Of a stretch of DNA of 64,000 nt, positions 1 to 33,193 are shown in pieces; the first letter of the stretch is position 1, and each line of letters starts with the position of its first letter. Where the stretch lies: positions 5,429,656 through 5,493,655 of the forward strand of contig JBJCIZ010000239.1 in the NCBI GenBank assembly GCA_051294375.1, read 5' to 3'. The DNA is from Paraspadella gotoi. Lineage: Eukaryota; Animalia; Chaetognatha. Under the pieces are notes generated by a model. The model was not told where the DNA came from, did not search any database, and saw only the letters and a program-made list of their open reading frames with translations. The translations under genes were made by a program, and so were the position numbers.

Positions 1-49
1 CGTCGACTTTGGGCGGATTAGAAAAAAAATATTTAAAAAAAGAAAAAAA

Positions 50-1548
50 CATCAAAAATGACGATGGCGAGGGATTTTTTTTCCCGCGACCTTTCGAAAC
101 GAGACGGAAGTTGGGCACATTTGAGAGGGGCTTCCGGCCCGGAAGAGGGGCCTTTCCGCGCGGAAATGGGCGTGGCATCGGCTGTGAATCGATGGAGGAT
201 TTTTTCCAATGGATGCAGGTAAAACTAATCCGACAAATGGTTTGACGATGAAAACTATTTTAAAGATATTTAATTAAAATAATAATACATAACCTGGACT
301 AGAGAATCAATAGACGTGATAATTAATTTTCACCAGTTTCATTTTACAATTTACATTTTTTTTGTTTATCCTCCGCAAAAAAAAGGTTCTAAGCCAACCC
401 TGCGGCGTGAACGGTCGTTTCTCTCCGCGGGTAGGCCGGGCGTGATTTTTGATGTCGGCAAAACCCGGCACCCGGATCTCACACCTCTTCCTCCCTCTCC
501 TCCTCTTCCCCTCCTCCTCCTCTCTTTCGGCCTACTTCTTCTCCTCCATGCAAGGTGGGGTTTTTTTTTTTTTGACAAATGCTTTACCCCGGTCTGGGTC
601 GTTTACCAACGAGGAGAAATGGGCGGCGAAAAAGATAGGAAGGGGTTGCCGCGGATCCGGGGTAATAATGGATGACCGATATGACCCTTTTTTTGTGTGT
701 GAGAGACAGGAGAGAGAGAGAGAGACCGAGGAGAGGACAGAAGAGAGACGAGAGAGAGAGAGAGAGAGACGAGACGGAGAGAGAGAGAGAGAGAGAGAGA
801 GATGTTTTTTTTTTTTCAAAAATGGTACGAATCGGGATGGAATATAGGCTATACCTATAACTTGAGTAAAACCAAAAAAATATGTAATTCTTTCGATAGT
901 TGTTCGTTCATACATTTCAAAAAAGCCTAAAAGTCATAAAACATTATTACAACTTAATAGGAGAGAAGCTTCCGTACTTCTGGAAGTCAATACTGGACAA
1001 TTGATTGAAAGACAAGGGCAACAAATTTTTGAACGAATAGATATAATTAATGAGACAAACTTTAAATGCATATTACAACGATGTTCTTTTTTAATTTTCT
1101 TTAAAAAACGCCAGAAACGGAATTGCGCGTAGAGGAGCGACGTGTCTCGGAACCTTCGATAACAAATTCGATTAGCAAAACAAATGGACATTCGATATTA
1201 CGGACACTTTTGAGTCTATTGAAGATTGTGACCGAAAAAATTGAAGAAAATTAAACGGTATGCTGCGTATTAAATTAAAAAGTTGCTTTCAACCGCCTTT
1301 AATTCGCGTAGGTCGGTTTCAAATTTCGCAAACTTACAGGTCGTTTATTTTAAAAAATTGTTAAAGTAAAAGACTTTGAAAATCGTTAAATAATAATTTC
1401 ACTGTGCGGCGCGACAACAAAGATTTTAAGAAGTGTCTGGCAAAAGTAAACGATACGCGTCATAAGTTTTTTTTTCTGATTTTTTATTTTTTTTAATTTA
1501 TTTTTTCATTTTTTTTACGATTATCAACGACTTTGTTTCAACACCCAC
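50..1548 (+). repeat. Indel-rich duplicate of ~3577-4907 (probable assembly/gap-fill artefact)
   Basis: Colinear with 3577-4907 (aaaatgacgatgg..., ggatgcaggtaaaac, ...ctttgtttcaacacccac) but with many 1-nt indels; ends at a 25-N gap (1549-1573). Confidence 0.85.
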
Positions 1549-1614
1549 NNNNNNNNNNNNNNNNNNNNNNNNNTCTCTCTCTCTCTTTCTCCCACTCCCA
1601 CTCCCCTCCGCCAG

Positions 1615-2757
1615 GCGCTACCATCAGGCGAATCTTCAACTTTGACCTTTGACCCCTCGGGATTCGCGGACTCTCGACGCTCCTACGACCCATCAAACTC
1701 GAATAACTCCCCTCTTCGCTCCAGCGACCATTCCATCGACGACCCTTTGACTGGTCGCTCCAACCTTTATTCAATCAGTCGCGGAAGGAAATTATGTTCG
1801 GACTTAGACTACGATCACTCTGCCAATCAATCTACCAATCACGGCTCCATCAATCACTCCTCAGACAATCACTCACCGGAAGAGGCGACTCGCCCATCGG
1901 TGAAGGACGAACGGAGTCCGAGAGGACGAGAGGAAAGAAAAGAAAGGGAGGAAAGAAAAGAAAGAGACGGAGGAAAGGGAGAATCGGGACAAGGAGAAGA
2001 AAGGGGAGTAACGGAGGAAAAAGGGAAAAAAAGAAAAGAAGAGAGGAAACTGAGATGGAACACGATGGAACTTTCTCGAAACGACGACGACGACGAAATA
2101 AAATGCGCTTCGAATCGCGGATTTGTGGATGACGTCAACCAGATGCGCTACGTCGACGACGACGACGACGACGACGATAACAACAACAACAACGACGACG
2201 ACGACTTGTCCGTCGATAATCCTTGGTTGACGAGACGTCAGTATGGATCGAGTCGGGATATCGTCGTTCGCGACGTCAAAGATAACGTCGTTGTTGACGT
2301 CAAAGATAACGTCGTTGTTAACGTAGTCGATAACGTCGCTGGCGACGTTATGAACGTGGGGAATGACGTTCGTAACGGCGGAAATAACGTCGACGGGGAG
2401 AGAGTGACGCGGCGTCGATTTTGCGGTTACGAAGAGGATCTAGTTATTAGGGCGTGTCCTGGGGAGGATGACGAGGAGGAAGAAGACGACGACGACGACG
2501 ACGACGACGACGACCTCTACCTCTTACGACATCCGGGTCTCTGGCTTCGCGCCTTTCTCCTCAGTCTAACTCGGCGCCTTCGCGCCGGAAATCTTCTTTG
2601 GCTCCGGCGCTCAAAGTCTCTCTCTTCTTCCGTCGACGACGCCGGTGATTGGCGGCGTCGTTCGAGCCGGCGTCGCGTCGCCGGCGGAGAGAGGGAGACA
2701 GAGCCGTGGCCGGAAATTGGAAGAGGATCGGTTCCTGCGTCGAAATCTTGGACGCAG
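1615..2757 (+). CDS. Putative coding exon, low-complexity D/E/N/R-rich protein of unknown identity
   Basis: Pyrimidine tract + CAG acceptor before 1615, in frame with ORF 1642..2811, CAG|GTGACT donor after 2757; 381 open codons, GC-rich like other exons. Confidence 0.5.
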
Positions 2758-2946
2758 GTGACTCATTGGTACAATGATAAAGTGACACACAATGACTCAA
2801 TGTTACAATGATACGATTTACTTCTTAAACGGATAACAACTAGTATAATGAGGGAATTATGAATAAATAACTATAAATGAATAATGAGTAATTAGAGGCG
2901 TCATGAAACATTTTTTTTCAATGAACGATGAATCTTCCCAACCCAG

Positions 2947-3734
2947 GGAATCGAAGCGGCGCCGCTCGATCCCGGCGACGACGAATACGACGCCGGTTTC
3001 GACGACAACGACGACGACGCCGCTTTTTTCGGAGGCGACATGACGAGCCCTCTCTTGGCGGGTTGGAGAAACGACGCCGGATTTGGCGCGACCACCAGAC
3101 GTCGCCTTTGCGTGGACGCCACGGCGTCTTTGATTCCAGCGCCGGGGACGCCTGTGTGGAATATCGCGGGACTGAGAGAGAGAGATGGAGAGAGAGACGG
3201 GAGGAGGGTGAGGTTGATAGAGAGCGAGTGGCGAGAGGGAGGAAGGAGGGGGCGTTTGTGGGTTGGCGCCGTTTTTACGAAGTATGAGGGAGAAGAGGAG
3301 GAGGAGAAGGAGGAGGAGGAGGAGGAGGAGGAGGAAGAGACGGGAGGAAGAAACGATTTAAAAAAACTCAAAGACAAAAACGACGACGAAAACGACGACG
3401 AAAACGACGACGAGGAATCGCGAAAAAACAAAAGAACGTCCGTGGATTCAATCTCAGGGAAATCGGGAAATAAACAAAAGGCTTCTTCCTCTCTCTCCTC
3501 GCCCTCTATCGGGGAGACGACGAAACGTCGTCGTCGAAAAAAAGAGCAGTCGCCTTCCTTCCTCGTCCAACTTTCCGTCAAAATGACGATGGGCGAAGAT
3601 TTTTCCGGCGCCTTTTCGAACGAGACGGAAGTTGGAGATGGAGAGGGGCTTCCGGCGCCGGAAGAGGGGCTTCCGGCGCCGGAAATGGGCGTGGCATCGG
3701 CTGTGATCGATGGGAGGATTTCCAATGGATGCAG
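2947..3734 (+). CDS. Putative coding exon, acidic/low-complexity, continues 1615-2757
   Basis: CCCAG acceptor, phase 0 matches the preceding exon, open frame includes ORF 3040..3738, donor CAG|GTAAAA. Confidence 0.5.
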
Positions 3735-3902
3735 GTAAAACTATCGACAAATGGTTGACGATGAAAACTATTTTTAAAGAAATATTTAATTAAATAATAA
3801 TACATAACCTGGACTAGAAGAAAAATCAATGACGTGATAATTAATTTTCAAGTTTTTCATGTTTACATTTACATTTTTTTGTTTATCCTCCCGCAAAAAA
3901 AG

Positions 3903-3979
3903 GTTCAACCCGCGCGTGACGTCGTTTCTCTCGGCGCCGGCGGATTTGATGTCGGCAAAACCCGGCACCCGGATCTCCA

Positions 3980-4010
<31 letters not shown>

Positions 4011-4045
4011 CTCCTCCTCTTCGGCCTACTTCTCCTCCAGCAAAG
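3903..4045 (+). CDS. Putative Ser-rich coding exon
   Basis: AAAG|GTTCAA acceptor and AAAG|GTGGGT donor; phase-2 reading (R)FNPRVTSFLSAPADLMSAKPGTRISTSSSS...AYFSSSK. Confidence 0.4.
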
Positions 4046-4172
4046 GTGGGTTTTTTTTTTGACAAATGCTTTTACCGCTGGGGTCGTTTACAACGAGGAA
4101 AATGGGCGGCGAAAAAAAAGATAGGAGGGGTTGCGCGGTATCGGGGAATAATGGATGACCGAATACCCTTTT

Positions 4173-4223
<51 letters not shown>

Positions 4224-5644
4224 TTTTTTTTTCGAATGGTACGAATCGGGATGGAATATAGGCTACCTATAACTTGAGTAGAAAACCAAAAAAAATATGT
4301 AATTTCTTTTCGATAGTTGTTCGTTCATACATTTCAAAAAAGCCTAAAAGGTCATAAAACATTATACAACTTTAATAAGAGGAAAGCTCGGTACTCTGGA
4401 AGTTCATATACTGGACAATGATTGAAAGACAAGGGCAAGCAAATTTTTGAACGAATAGATAATTAAGAGACTAAACTTTAATGCAAAATTTACAAACGAT
4501 GTTCTTTTTTATTTTCTTTTAAAAACGCAGAAACGGAATTCGGCGTAGAGGGAGCGACGTGTCTCGAACCTTCGATACAAATTCGATCGAAAACAAATGG
4601 ACATCGATATTACGACATTTGATCTTTGAAGATGACGAAAAAAATTGAAGAAAATTAAACGTATTAAAGTTGCTTTCGCCTTTAAATGCGTAGGGTCGGT
4701 TTCAATCAAACTTAAGTCGTTATTTTAAATTGTTAAAAAGTTAAAAACATTTGAAATCGTTAAATAAAATATTTCACTGTTGCGACAAATTTTAAAGTGT
4801 CTGCAAAAATAGTAAACCGATACGCGTCATATTTTTTTTCTGATTTTTTTATTTTTTTTATTTATTTTTCATTTTTTACGATATCAACGACTTTGTTTCA
4901 CACCCACGCTTTTTTTTAAATGTTCTTTTGCGAAACAAAAAAATGCAAAAAAAAAAAGACAATCTGATATATGTTTTTTTGGTCAATCCTTTATCGCTTT
5001 TGAGTATATGATAGCTAGAGTTTGCAATTTGTAACACGTAAACAGAAAAGAAACAGTTACGTTAATTAAGGACACCGGAGATTTTTCCGAAATTCTAAAT
5101 GTGAGAAAACCTTAGCTTAAATGTAACTGATAATATCGAGCAGGTCAAATTTTAAAAGCGTTTGTTTTTGTTTGATTTTTTGTTTAAAACTTAACTTATA
5201 ACTTCCTCGTGGCCACCTATCTTTCTCTCTCTCTCTCTCTTTTTTCTTCCGCCTCGCATTTTTCATCTCGATTCCGTTTTTTTTCTCTCCCAATTTTATT
5301 CTTTTGTTTCGCTTTCAATTTTTGTTTTTTGTTTTTTATCCTTTTGTTTCTTGTTCTTGTATTTCTTTTTTTTATCCTTTTGTTTCATTCTGCTCATTTC
5401 TTTTTCCGACGAGTCTCCCGATTCTTCCTCATGAATGACTGAGTTTCTCTGACGAAAAAAATTTTGGGTAAATTTCGTCAAAATTGAAAGAAAAAAATTA
5501 TCAAGAAAAGTTTACATTAAAATAGATCGGAATAACTATCTTCATCTCTAGTACTAAAATACCGATATGATTTAGAATAGTTAAAAAAATTTAAATTTAA
5601 AATCTGAAGTCAAAAAGTCAAACTGAAAGAAAAAGAATATATAA

Positions 5645-6078
5645 ATTTTTTTTCTTTTTCCTCCATTTTCTTTTTCCTCCCTTTTATTTTTCCTCCCTTT
5701 TCATTTTTCCTCACTTTTCTTTTTCCTCCCTTTTCTTTTTTCTCCCTCCCTCCATCTCGCTTCTCTTCCGTCGCCATTTTTGTCTCTTTGTTTATTTATT
5801 ACAAAAGAAGGTCATTTGCTTAACCTTCCACAATAAAGCAAATGTTTTCTTTTTCCTCCCTTTTCTTTTTTTCTCCATTTTCTTTTTCCTCCCTTTTCTT
5901 TTTCCTCCCTATTCTTTTTCCTCCCTTTTCTTTTTTTCTCCATTTTCTTTTTCCTCATTTTTCTTTTTTCTCCCTCCCTCCATCTCGCTTCTTTTCCGTC
6001 GCCATTTTTGTCTCTTTGTTTATTTATTACAAAAGAAGGTCGTTTGTTTAACCTTCCACAATAAAGCAAATGTTTTTC
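5645..6078. repeat. Two-copy tandem duplication, pyrimidine-rich
   Basis: ccctccatctcgcttct..ccgtcgccatttttgtctctttgtttatttattacaaaagaaggtc...ccacaataaagcaaatg occurs at ~5745-5845 and ~5975-6075. Confidence 0.8.
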
Positions 6079-6168
6079 CATAAAAGCGAAGGTCAGGGGC
6101 TAAATGAAGAAAATTATAGGGGGGAGGAAGAGAGAGAGGAGAGAGGACGAGAGATAGGAGAGAGAGTA

Positions 6169-6210
<42 letters not shown>

Positions 6211-6544
6211 TGACTGGATATCGAGATCGTTTCACCTTGAAAATATGCATCCCAGTTATGGCGATGTTTACAACGACAGTTAAGAACGAACGAACAGAAA
6301 GAGACAGAGACAGATTTAAAAAAAAACAGACAGAGACATGAGACGCATCTCACTCCCTTTCTCAGCTGTCGACGTTGGCGTCAAATCCAATTTTCAATCA
6401 GGAATCAATTATCGTTTTAATTAATTGTTCTTTTTTTTTTACTCTCGTCTCTTTTGTCGAGGAAATATTTTTCAACAATTCTCTCGATTGTTAAATGGCG
6501 AATTTTGGTTTAATTCTTGAATTTTGTTCTTTTTTTGGTATTGT

Positions 6545-6815
6545 ATTTTTATATTACTCTATTACCCGATCTCACGCTTAGGAGAATGGACGATTTATAC
6601 AATTAAAACATTATTTGAAACATCATACCACTTCATTGATACAAAGGTCAGGTACTCTGGGAGTGAATAAATTATACCGTGAGAGAGTCTTGATTGAAAG
6701 TTTATGTTAATATATTGTAAGACGAATGTAAACCGTAAACCCACTACAGCCTGTCCAATTTCTGGATGCAAGATTCTACTCAGATTATTTAAATTTACCG
6801 AATGAATAATTTTGA
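6545..6815 (+). mobile_element. Interspersed repeat family A copy (unclassified)
   Basis: Matches the reverse complement of 37430-37720 (cacttcattgata, tactctgggagtgaat, gtgagagagtcttgattgaaag, agcctgtccaa); partial copies near 7590-7640(-), 10770-10875, 15900-15965 and 17195-17325. Confidence 0.7.
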
Positions 6816-7186
6816 ATATTTTGTTCGACCTATTTCATTTGGCTACCCCCAACCTAATTAAGAACGAAACATTTCAGACTTATCCCCGAACACCTGCTGG
6901 CACCTTCTGGCACCGCCCTTTCGTTTGGGAGACGCGTTTTAACGCCGTCGCTAAAAAAAAATTGCGGCGCTCCTCCTTCCGAGTTACAGGTGGCGGCACC
7001 CGATTCCACCTCCCTATCGCCAATTTCCCCCGATTGCCATCTGCGTCTACTTGCACCCAGCGGCACCTCCCGGGCAATTACCGCCGCCGTCATTACTGGT
7101 GACACCTGGATAATCTCTCTGGGGAGAGAGAGAGAGTGAAAGTAGTGTAGAGAGAGAAGAGAGAATGAGAGAGAGAGAAGAGAAGA

Positions 7187-7266
<80 letters not shown>

Positions 7267-8214
7267 GAGAGAGAACGAAACACTTTCCTTTCAACTTCCG
7301 GCGTCAGTGTTTAAGTAGTTATGAACATCCGTCATTCCTCAATCACATCCGTGACGAGATTGTCAAGTGGTTCCATCCTTTTTTCCTTCCTCTTCTTTTT
7401 TTTCCTCTCCTTTCATCCGTGACCGAGTTATTTCTCCTTTCCTTTTCCTTCCTTTCCTTTTTTTTGAAATTTTTTTTTTTCCTTTCCTTCTTCTCTTTTT
7501 TTTTTCCATCAATGACCAAGTTTTTTATTCATGTTCTTTTCTCTTTTCTCTTCTTTTAATTTGTACAACCATATAAAAATTATCCATTCTTAATAGATTA
7601 GCTATCTGCCCTTTGACTTTGACAGGCTTTGGTGTGTTTTTGTCTTTTTTTGTTTCCCCGTTATATTTATCAATTTTCTTATCCATGCTTTTCACGCTTT
7701 TACGCCTATTATTATTATTATATTATTATTCTCAGTTCAAATTTTAATTAACTTTTTTACTTATGATTCCATAACTTAACATATTTTTTTTCTTCCCACT
7801 TTTAAATTCTCATTTACACTTTCTAGTTTCTTCCTTCTTCTTCCTCAGTCTCTCCTCTTCCTCCTCCCCCCCCCCGTCGTCCCATCTACTATTCCCTTGG
7901 GCGATTCCCCGGTTGTCGATGTCAACATTAAACCGAAGCTCAACTCCAAAGCTTTTCTATCCTCTCTCTATCCTCTCTATGTTCTCTATCCTCTCTCTAT
8001 CCTCTCTATCTTATTCTCTCTAACCTCTTTTAGTCTCGCACCCTAGTACATATCGTCTTTCATTTTCTTTATTAATTCTCCCTTTCCTTCCCTTCCTCCT
8101 TTTGTTTTCTTTCTCTTTCCCTTCCTCCTTTTGTTCTTTCCTTTCCCTTCATTCCTTCCTTCTTTTCCTACATTCCAGTCTGTTTATAATTTACTTTATT
8201 TTCTAGCCCTTTTC

Positions 8215-8464
8215 TTTGCTCATTTTTTTTTTCTCTCTCTTCATTTTATTTAATTCTCAATTTCCTTTCTTCTTTTTTCTTAATGTGTCTACCTGTTTTC
8301 CTCCATCCTCTTCTTTCCTTTTTTTCCCTTCCTCCTTTTCCTCCACTCTTATCCTTTCCTTTCCTCCACTATTTTTTTTTAACAAAAACATTGTTTCGCC
8401 CAAATCTGTTGGTCAGTTACTTCGTCCTCGACGGCGCCACTCCACGACGAAGTCTCTCTCCTCT

Positions 8465-8561
<97 letters not shown>

Positions 8562-9381
8562 GTTCACGTCAGGCTTCTTGCAGCGAAGAGAAAATAAATA
8601 TTTCGTTAACATCATCGTTTCGGTGGTTGACCTCCGGTTCGTTCTACGAAACAAAACCATGTGGAGACGATGGGAGAGAAGAAACAGATAGAAGATCAGA
8701 GAGATAAAAAAAAAAAGCAAAAAAACCGAAAAAGAGATAGTTGTCATTTATTCCAAGATAGAGATAATAATAATTCCATGCGCGAATCACTTCGCATTGT
8801 TCATTTTAATTGGCCACAAACGGAACCATCCCTCTTTTTCAAATTATCCAAGTTATAAACTAATTAATTAATTAGTTTCATTCATTAAATTTATTTTCAT
8901 GTACCTACATGTATTTATTTAATGATCGTTCGCGAATTCATTTCATTTTTTTTTTTTTAAATAACGGCTCGTTAATTCATTTCATCAATTCATATAAATT
9001 CATCGCATTCATTCTTTCAACTCGGTTTCGTGCCATCTTTTCATCCATCGCATTCATTTCATTTCCATTGCATTCATAAATTTCAATCTCTCAATTTATT
9101 CCATTTCATTTTCCCCCAATTTCCCCCCCCCCATTTCTCTTCCAGCGAATCCCGCATGACGTCTCTCCTCAAGGGACGCCCTCGGTTCGCCCAACTGTCG
9201 ACCACGATCGTCGCCACGTCGCCGCCAGCGTCGCTCATTACGGCGAGACGCTGCAGACGGTGCAGCTTGGCTTGCTCGGCTGCACCGGCTGAAGAGGCGG
9301 CGGAGTCGGGGGAGGAGGAAGCAGGGGTAGTTATTTTTTGATGAGGGGGGGCGCAGCAGGAATAGAATTGAAATCTTGCAG
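8215..9381 (+). repeat. Duplicate of ~9407-10787 including a frameshifted copy of the KIF26 motor exon (9146-9327); probable assembly artefact
   Basis: Near-identical to the block after the 25-N gap at 9382-9406; the exon copy carries single-base indels relative to the intact 10553-10733. Confidence 0.8.
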
Positions 9382-10552
9382 NNNNNNNNNNNNNNNNNNN
9401 NNNNNNTTTTTATTTTTCCTCTCTCATTTTATTTATTTAATTCTCAATTTCCTTCTTCTTTTTTCTTAATTGTCTTACCTGTTTTCTCCATTCCTCGTTC
9501 TTTCCTTTTTTTCCCTTCCTCCTTTTCCTCCACTCTTATCCTTTCCTTTCCTCCACTATTTTTTTTTNNNNNNNNNNNNNNNNNNNNNNNNNNNNNNNNN
9601 NNNNNNNNNNNNNNNNNNNNNNNNNNNNNNNNNNNNNNNNNNNNNNNNNNNNNNNNNNNNNNNNNNNNNNNNNNNNNNNNNNNNNNNNNNNNNNNNNNNN
9701 NNNNNNNNNNNNNNNNNNNNNNNNNNNNNNNNNNNNNNNNNNNNNNNNNNNNNNNNNNNNNNNNNNNNNNNNNNNNNNNNNNNNNNNNNNNNNNNNNNNN
9801 NNNNNNNNNNNNNNNTTCTTGCAGCGAAGAGAAAATAAATATTTCGTTAACATCATCGTTTCGGTGGTTGACCTCCGGTTCGTTCTACGAAACAAAACCA
9901 TTGTGAGACGAGTGGGAGAGAGAAACAGATAGAGACAGAGAGATAAAAAAAAAANNNNNNNNNNNNNNNNNNNNNNNNNNNNNNNNNNNNNNNNNNNNNN
10001 NNNNNNNNNNNNNNNNNNNNNNNNNNNNNNNNNNNNNNNNNNNNNNNNNNNNNNNNNNNNNNNNNNNNNNNNNNNNNNNNNNNNNNNNNNNNNNNNNNNN
10101 NNNNNNNNNNNNNNNNNNNNNNNNNNNNNNNNNNNNNNNNNNNNNNNNNNNNNNNNNNNNNNNNNNNNNNNNNNNNNNNNNNNNNNNNNNNNNNNNNNNN
10201 NNNNCTAATTAATTAATTAGTTTCATTCATTAATTTATTTTCATGTACCTACATGTATTTATTTAATCGTTCGCGTATTCATTCATTTTTTTTGAAATAA
10301 CGGCTNNNNNNNNNNNNNNNNNNNNNNNNNNNNNNNNNNNNNNNNNNNNNNNNNNNNNNNNNNNNNNNNNNNNNNNNNNNNNNNNNNNNNNNNNNNNNNN
10401 NNNNNNNNNNNNNNNNNNNNNNNNNNNNNNNNNNNNNNNNNNNNNNNNNNNNNNNNNNNNNNNNNNNNNNNNNNNNNNNNNNNNNNNNNNNNNNNNNNNN
10501 NNNNNNNNNNNNNNNNNNNNNNNNNNNNNNNNNNNNNNNNTTTCTCCTCCAG

Positions 10553-30439
<19,887 letters not shown>

Positions 30440-30799
30440 AATGTGAATTAAAATGTGAAGCGACTCACTTTGCAAAAAATAATTGACGATACATGTAGAG
30501 AAAATCGAATAAATAGAAAAAACTAAACAAAAGTTTAACGAATCTATAGAAAGTTTTTTTAGCTGAAAATTTATCTCTTTCTCTATCTCTCACTGGGCAC
30601 TTCAAATGATTCTTTTTTTTATATTCACTAGTCAGAAATGTCATTATTGGTTGTCATCATTGCTTGTCATCGTCACTCCTCGTTTTGTCAACGATTGTCA
30701 TCATCACTCTTTCATTTTTAAATCATCATTATTATTATTGACTGACATTTTGACAATTTTTTGGGGATTTTCATAGCAATTAATTGTCATCTTGTACTT

Positions 30800-31046
30800 C
30801 GGCCATATTTTCCAAAAGCGCCTTAATTTAGTTTAAATTCAAAATTAAATATTTTGTTATATTTAACACTCAGACTAAAGGCTAGGGATTAAGGTTAGGT
30901 TAAGGATAAGGATTAGAGGAATAGGGTTAGGGATTTGGGTTAGGGTTTAGGGTCGAATATTCAGTAAAAGAGTATTAAATATTAAAAATAAAATTAAGTT
31001 TAAATATTAAGAAACATATATGAGGCGCTTATAGAAAATAATGCCG
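30800..31046. mobile_element. MITE-like element with internal TTAGGG-like repeats (family C)
   Basis: Imperfect TIRs cggccatattttccaaaagcgcc / ggcgcttatagaaaataatgccg around ggttaggg-rich core; similar element at 56441-56756. Confidence 0.65.
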
Positions 31047-31381
31047 ATTCTTCTCGTAAGTACTGTAGGCTCCCGGATTTGTCATTTCATAGTACAAAGT
31101 TTTTTTAATAAAGTATTTAAATGCGCTTTTTTGTATTGATCTGGCCATATTGTTCACTCATTGCTTAAACTGTAAATAATTTTGCTCTCGCTCTCTCTCT
31201 CCCTCCCTCCCTATCCCACTATCGCCGCGTCGAACAAATCACTTTTTTTTTCTGCGCCTGCGTGAATCATGTATGTTAATTTAATTAATTCCGCTTTTTG
31301 ATAAGAAATATAATTAAGTTTATTTCGAGCTAATTTTCACTTGACGTTCATTTGGAAACATGGTGAGAACATGGTGAACAT

Positions 31382-31993
31382 TAAGGCGTAGTGAAAGTTA
31401 CATACAAAAATTCTAAAAGTCAATTATGAACAACTTACCATCAGTGAACATTATTTTGTAAAAAAAATTAATTTTATGTTTTTTAATTTTCGCAGTAGGC
31501 TATATTTATATATAGTACTATCCTTATAAAATCGAAAAATTTCAAAATAGACTTTTTTTAATTTTGATTGCAGATTTGAATTCCTCGTCAAAAGTTGATA
31601 AAAGAAAATATAATTCATTTTTAAAAATTCTTTCATTAAGTAGGTTAAAAATTAAAAAAACTATATTTAATATATAAAAAGTTAAATTTCAGTTTAAAAT
31701 ATAGCTTTTTCTAATTTTTGACCCACTTAATGAAGGAATTTTTCAAAAAGAGTTATATTTCTTTTTATCAACTTTTTATGACGAATCCAAATCTGCAAAA
31801 AAATCTGAGAAAAAACTGTTTTGAAATTTTAACATTTATTGGTTTAGTACTAGTATAAATATGGCCTACTGCGTAAATTGTAAAATTTATTATAAATTTT
31901 TTTTATACATAAATGTTCATAAGTATAATGTTGTTCGTTCCTCACTTTTAGAATTTTAATTAAAGTTAAACTTAGGAATTTTACTACGCCTTA
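31382..31993. mobile_element. Foldback-type MITE (612 bp) with 8-bp TSD
   Basis: Ends TAAGGCGTAGTGAAA / TTTTACTACGCCTTA, the two halves are long imperfect inverted copies; TSD GTGAACAT at 31374-31381 and 31994-32001; one-arm copy at ~32745-32950. Confidence 0.88.
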
Positions 31994-32590
31994 GTGAACA
32001 TAGTGAACCCTAGTTAGAGAAGAAAAAAAAAAACAGAAGAAGATTATGCGGTTTTTTAGAGCGATCATCATTATTAGCTGTTTTTGTGATCTCTTCTTGC
32101 TTTTTAAATTAAAGGAAGAAAAAAATCATAAATGGTGTATAGATGTATAAAAGTCTGTAAGTTTTTGTGCTCTCCATAAAAGTATAATCAATAAACTGGG
32201 CAAAGTCGTCGAAATAAGAAGACCCGACTCAGTTTACTCAGTTTAACCCTGTTGTGATTAGCGATAGACGACCGAATTCAAATTTTAATGGGAATAGCAT
32301 TAAACTAATCCATTATTGGTATTAATTATTGTGTTAAAATATTTGTTTGTAAAAATGTTCAAAACCATGAGTAATTCGCTAATTAATATTATTATTTTGC
32401 TATTTAATATCAATTTTTTTTTTATATTTTAAGTTTTTTCAATTGATTCTGATAGAGCTTAAAAAGTTAAGCAAAAAATATAATTACAACTAAAATTTTG
32501 ATGTTTTATTACTAAAAATTAGTAAAAACTGCTAAAATCATCGGATGATGATGTTGATTTTTTAAGGTTTTTCCCAATTTTAACCCACTC

Positions 32591-32700
32591 ATCATCTAAG
32601 TCATAATGAGAAGGATTAATATGAATATAAAAATTCAAATGTAACTTTTTAGCTGTGTAGTTTCATATAGCAGCTTCTTTTAGGAATTCTTTGGCTATGG
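32591..32700 (+). repeat. Interspersed repeat family D copy
   Basis: Reverse-complement copy at ~37077-37190 (ccatagccaaagaattcctaaaagaagctgctata...ccttctcattatgacttagat). Confidence 0.8.
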
Positions 32701-33160
32701 AATCAAAATTCGGATAGTAGATCACGAACGATCACGAACACCTGTGAACATTTTTAAATAAAAAAAAATATAATTTTTATTTTTCAATTTTTGCATACGC
32801 CCATATTTATACATAGTACTCACCATAGAAAATGTCAAAATTTTAAAATGTTTTTTTCTTATTTTTAAAAGCAGATTCGAATTCCTCACTAAAAGTTGAT
32901 ATAAGGAAATTAACCTTTTTTAAAAAAATGATTTATTAAGTGGGTCAAAATCAATCAATCAATCAATCAATCAGAGAGAGATAGAGAGAGGGAATCTTTG
33001 AAAAATTCAAATAAATGTGTCCTTTGGTTTTCTACTTTAAATATCTTTCTTTTTGTCTTTTTTTCTTACTTTTTCTGTCATTAATATTTCTGTAGTAATT
33101 AAAAATTTATTAAAAAATTAGGAACTTTTGAGAGACAAAAAGAAACAGAAAGAGAGTGAA

Positions 33161-33193
<33 letters not shown>

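Noticed and set aside
50-1548. Apparent tandem gene/exon duplication of 3577-4907
   Set aside because: Differences are mostly scattered 1-nt indels and the copy ends at an exact 25-N gap, typical of unpolished long-read gap filling.
6878-7098. GC-rich segment with AG/GT ends as a missing KIF26 exon
   Set aside because: No kinesin motif in the frames I read, and a stop in the phase needed to follow exon 3903-4045 in its Ser-rich frame.
9146-9327. Apparent pseudo-exon or mutually exclusive copy of the KIF26 motor exon
   Set aside because: Part of a duplicate abutting a 25-N gap, with indel-type errors; most likely an assembly overlap.
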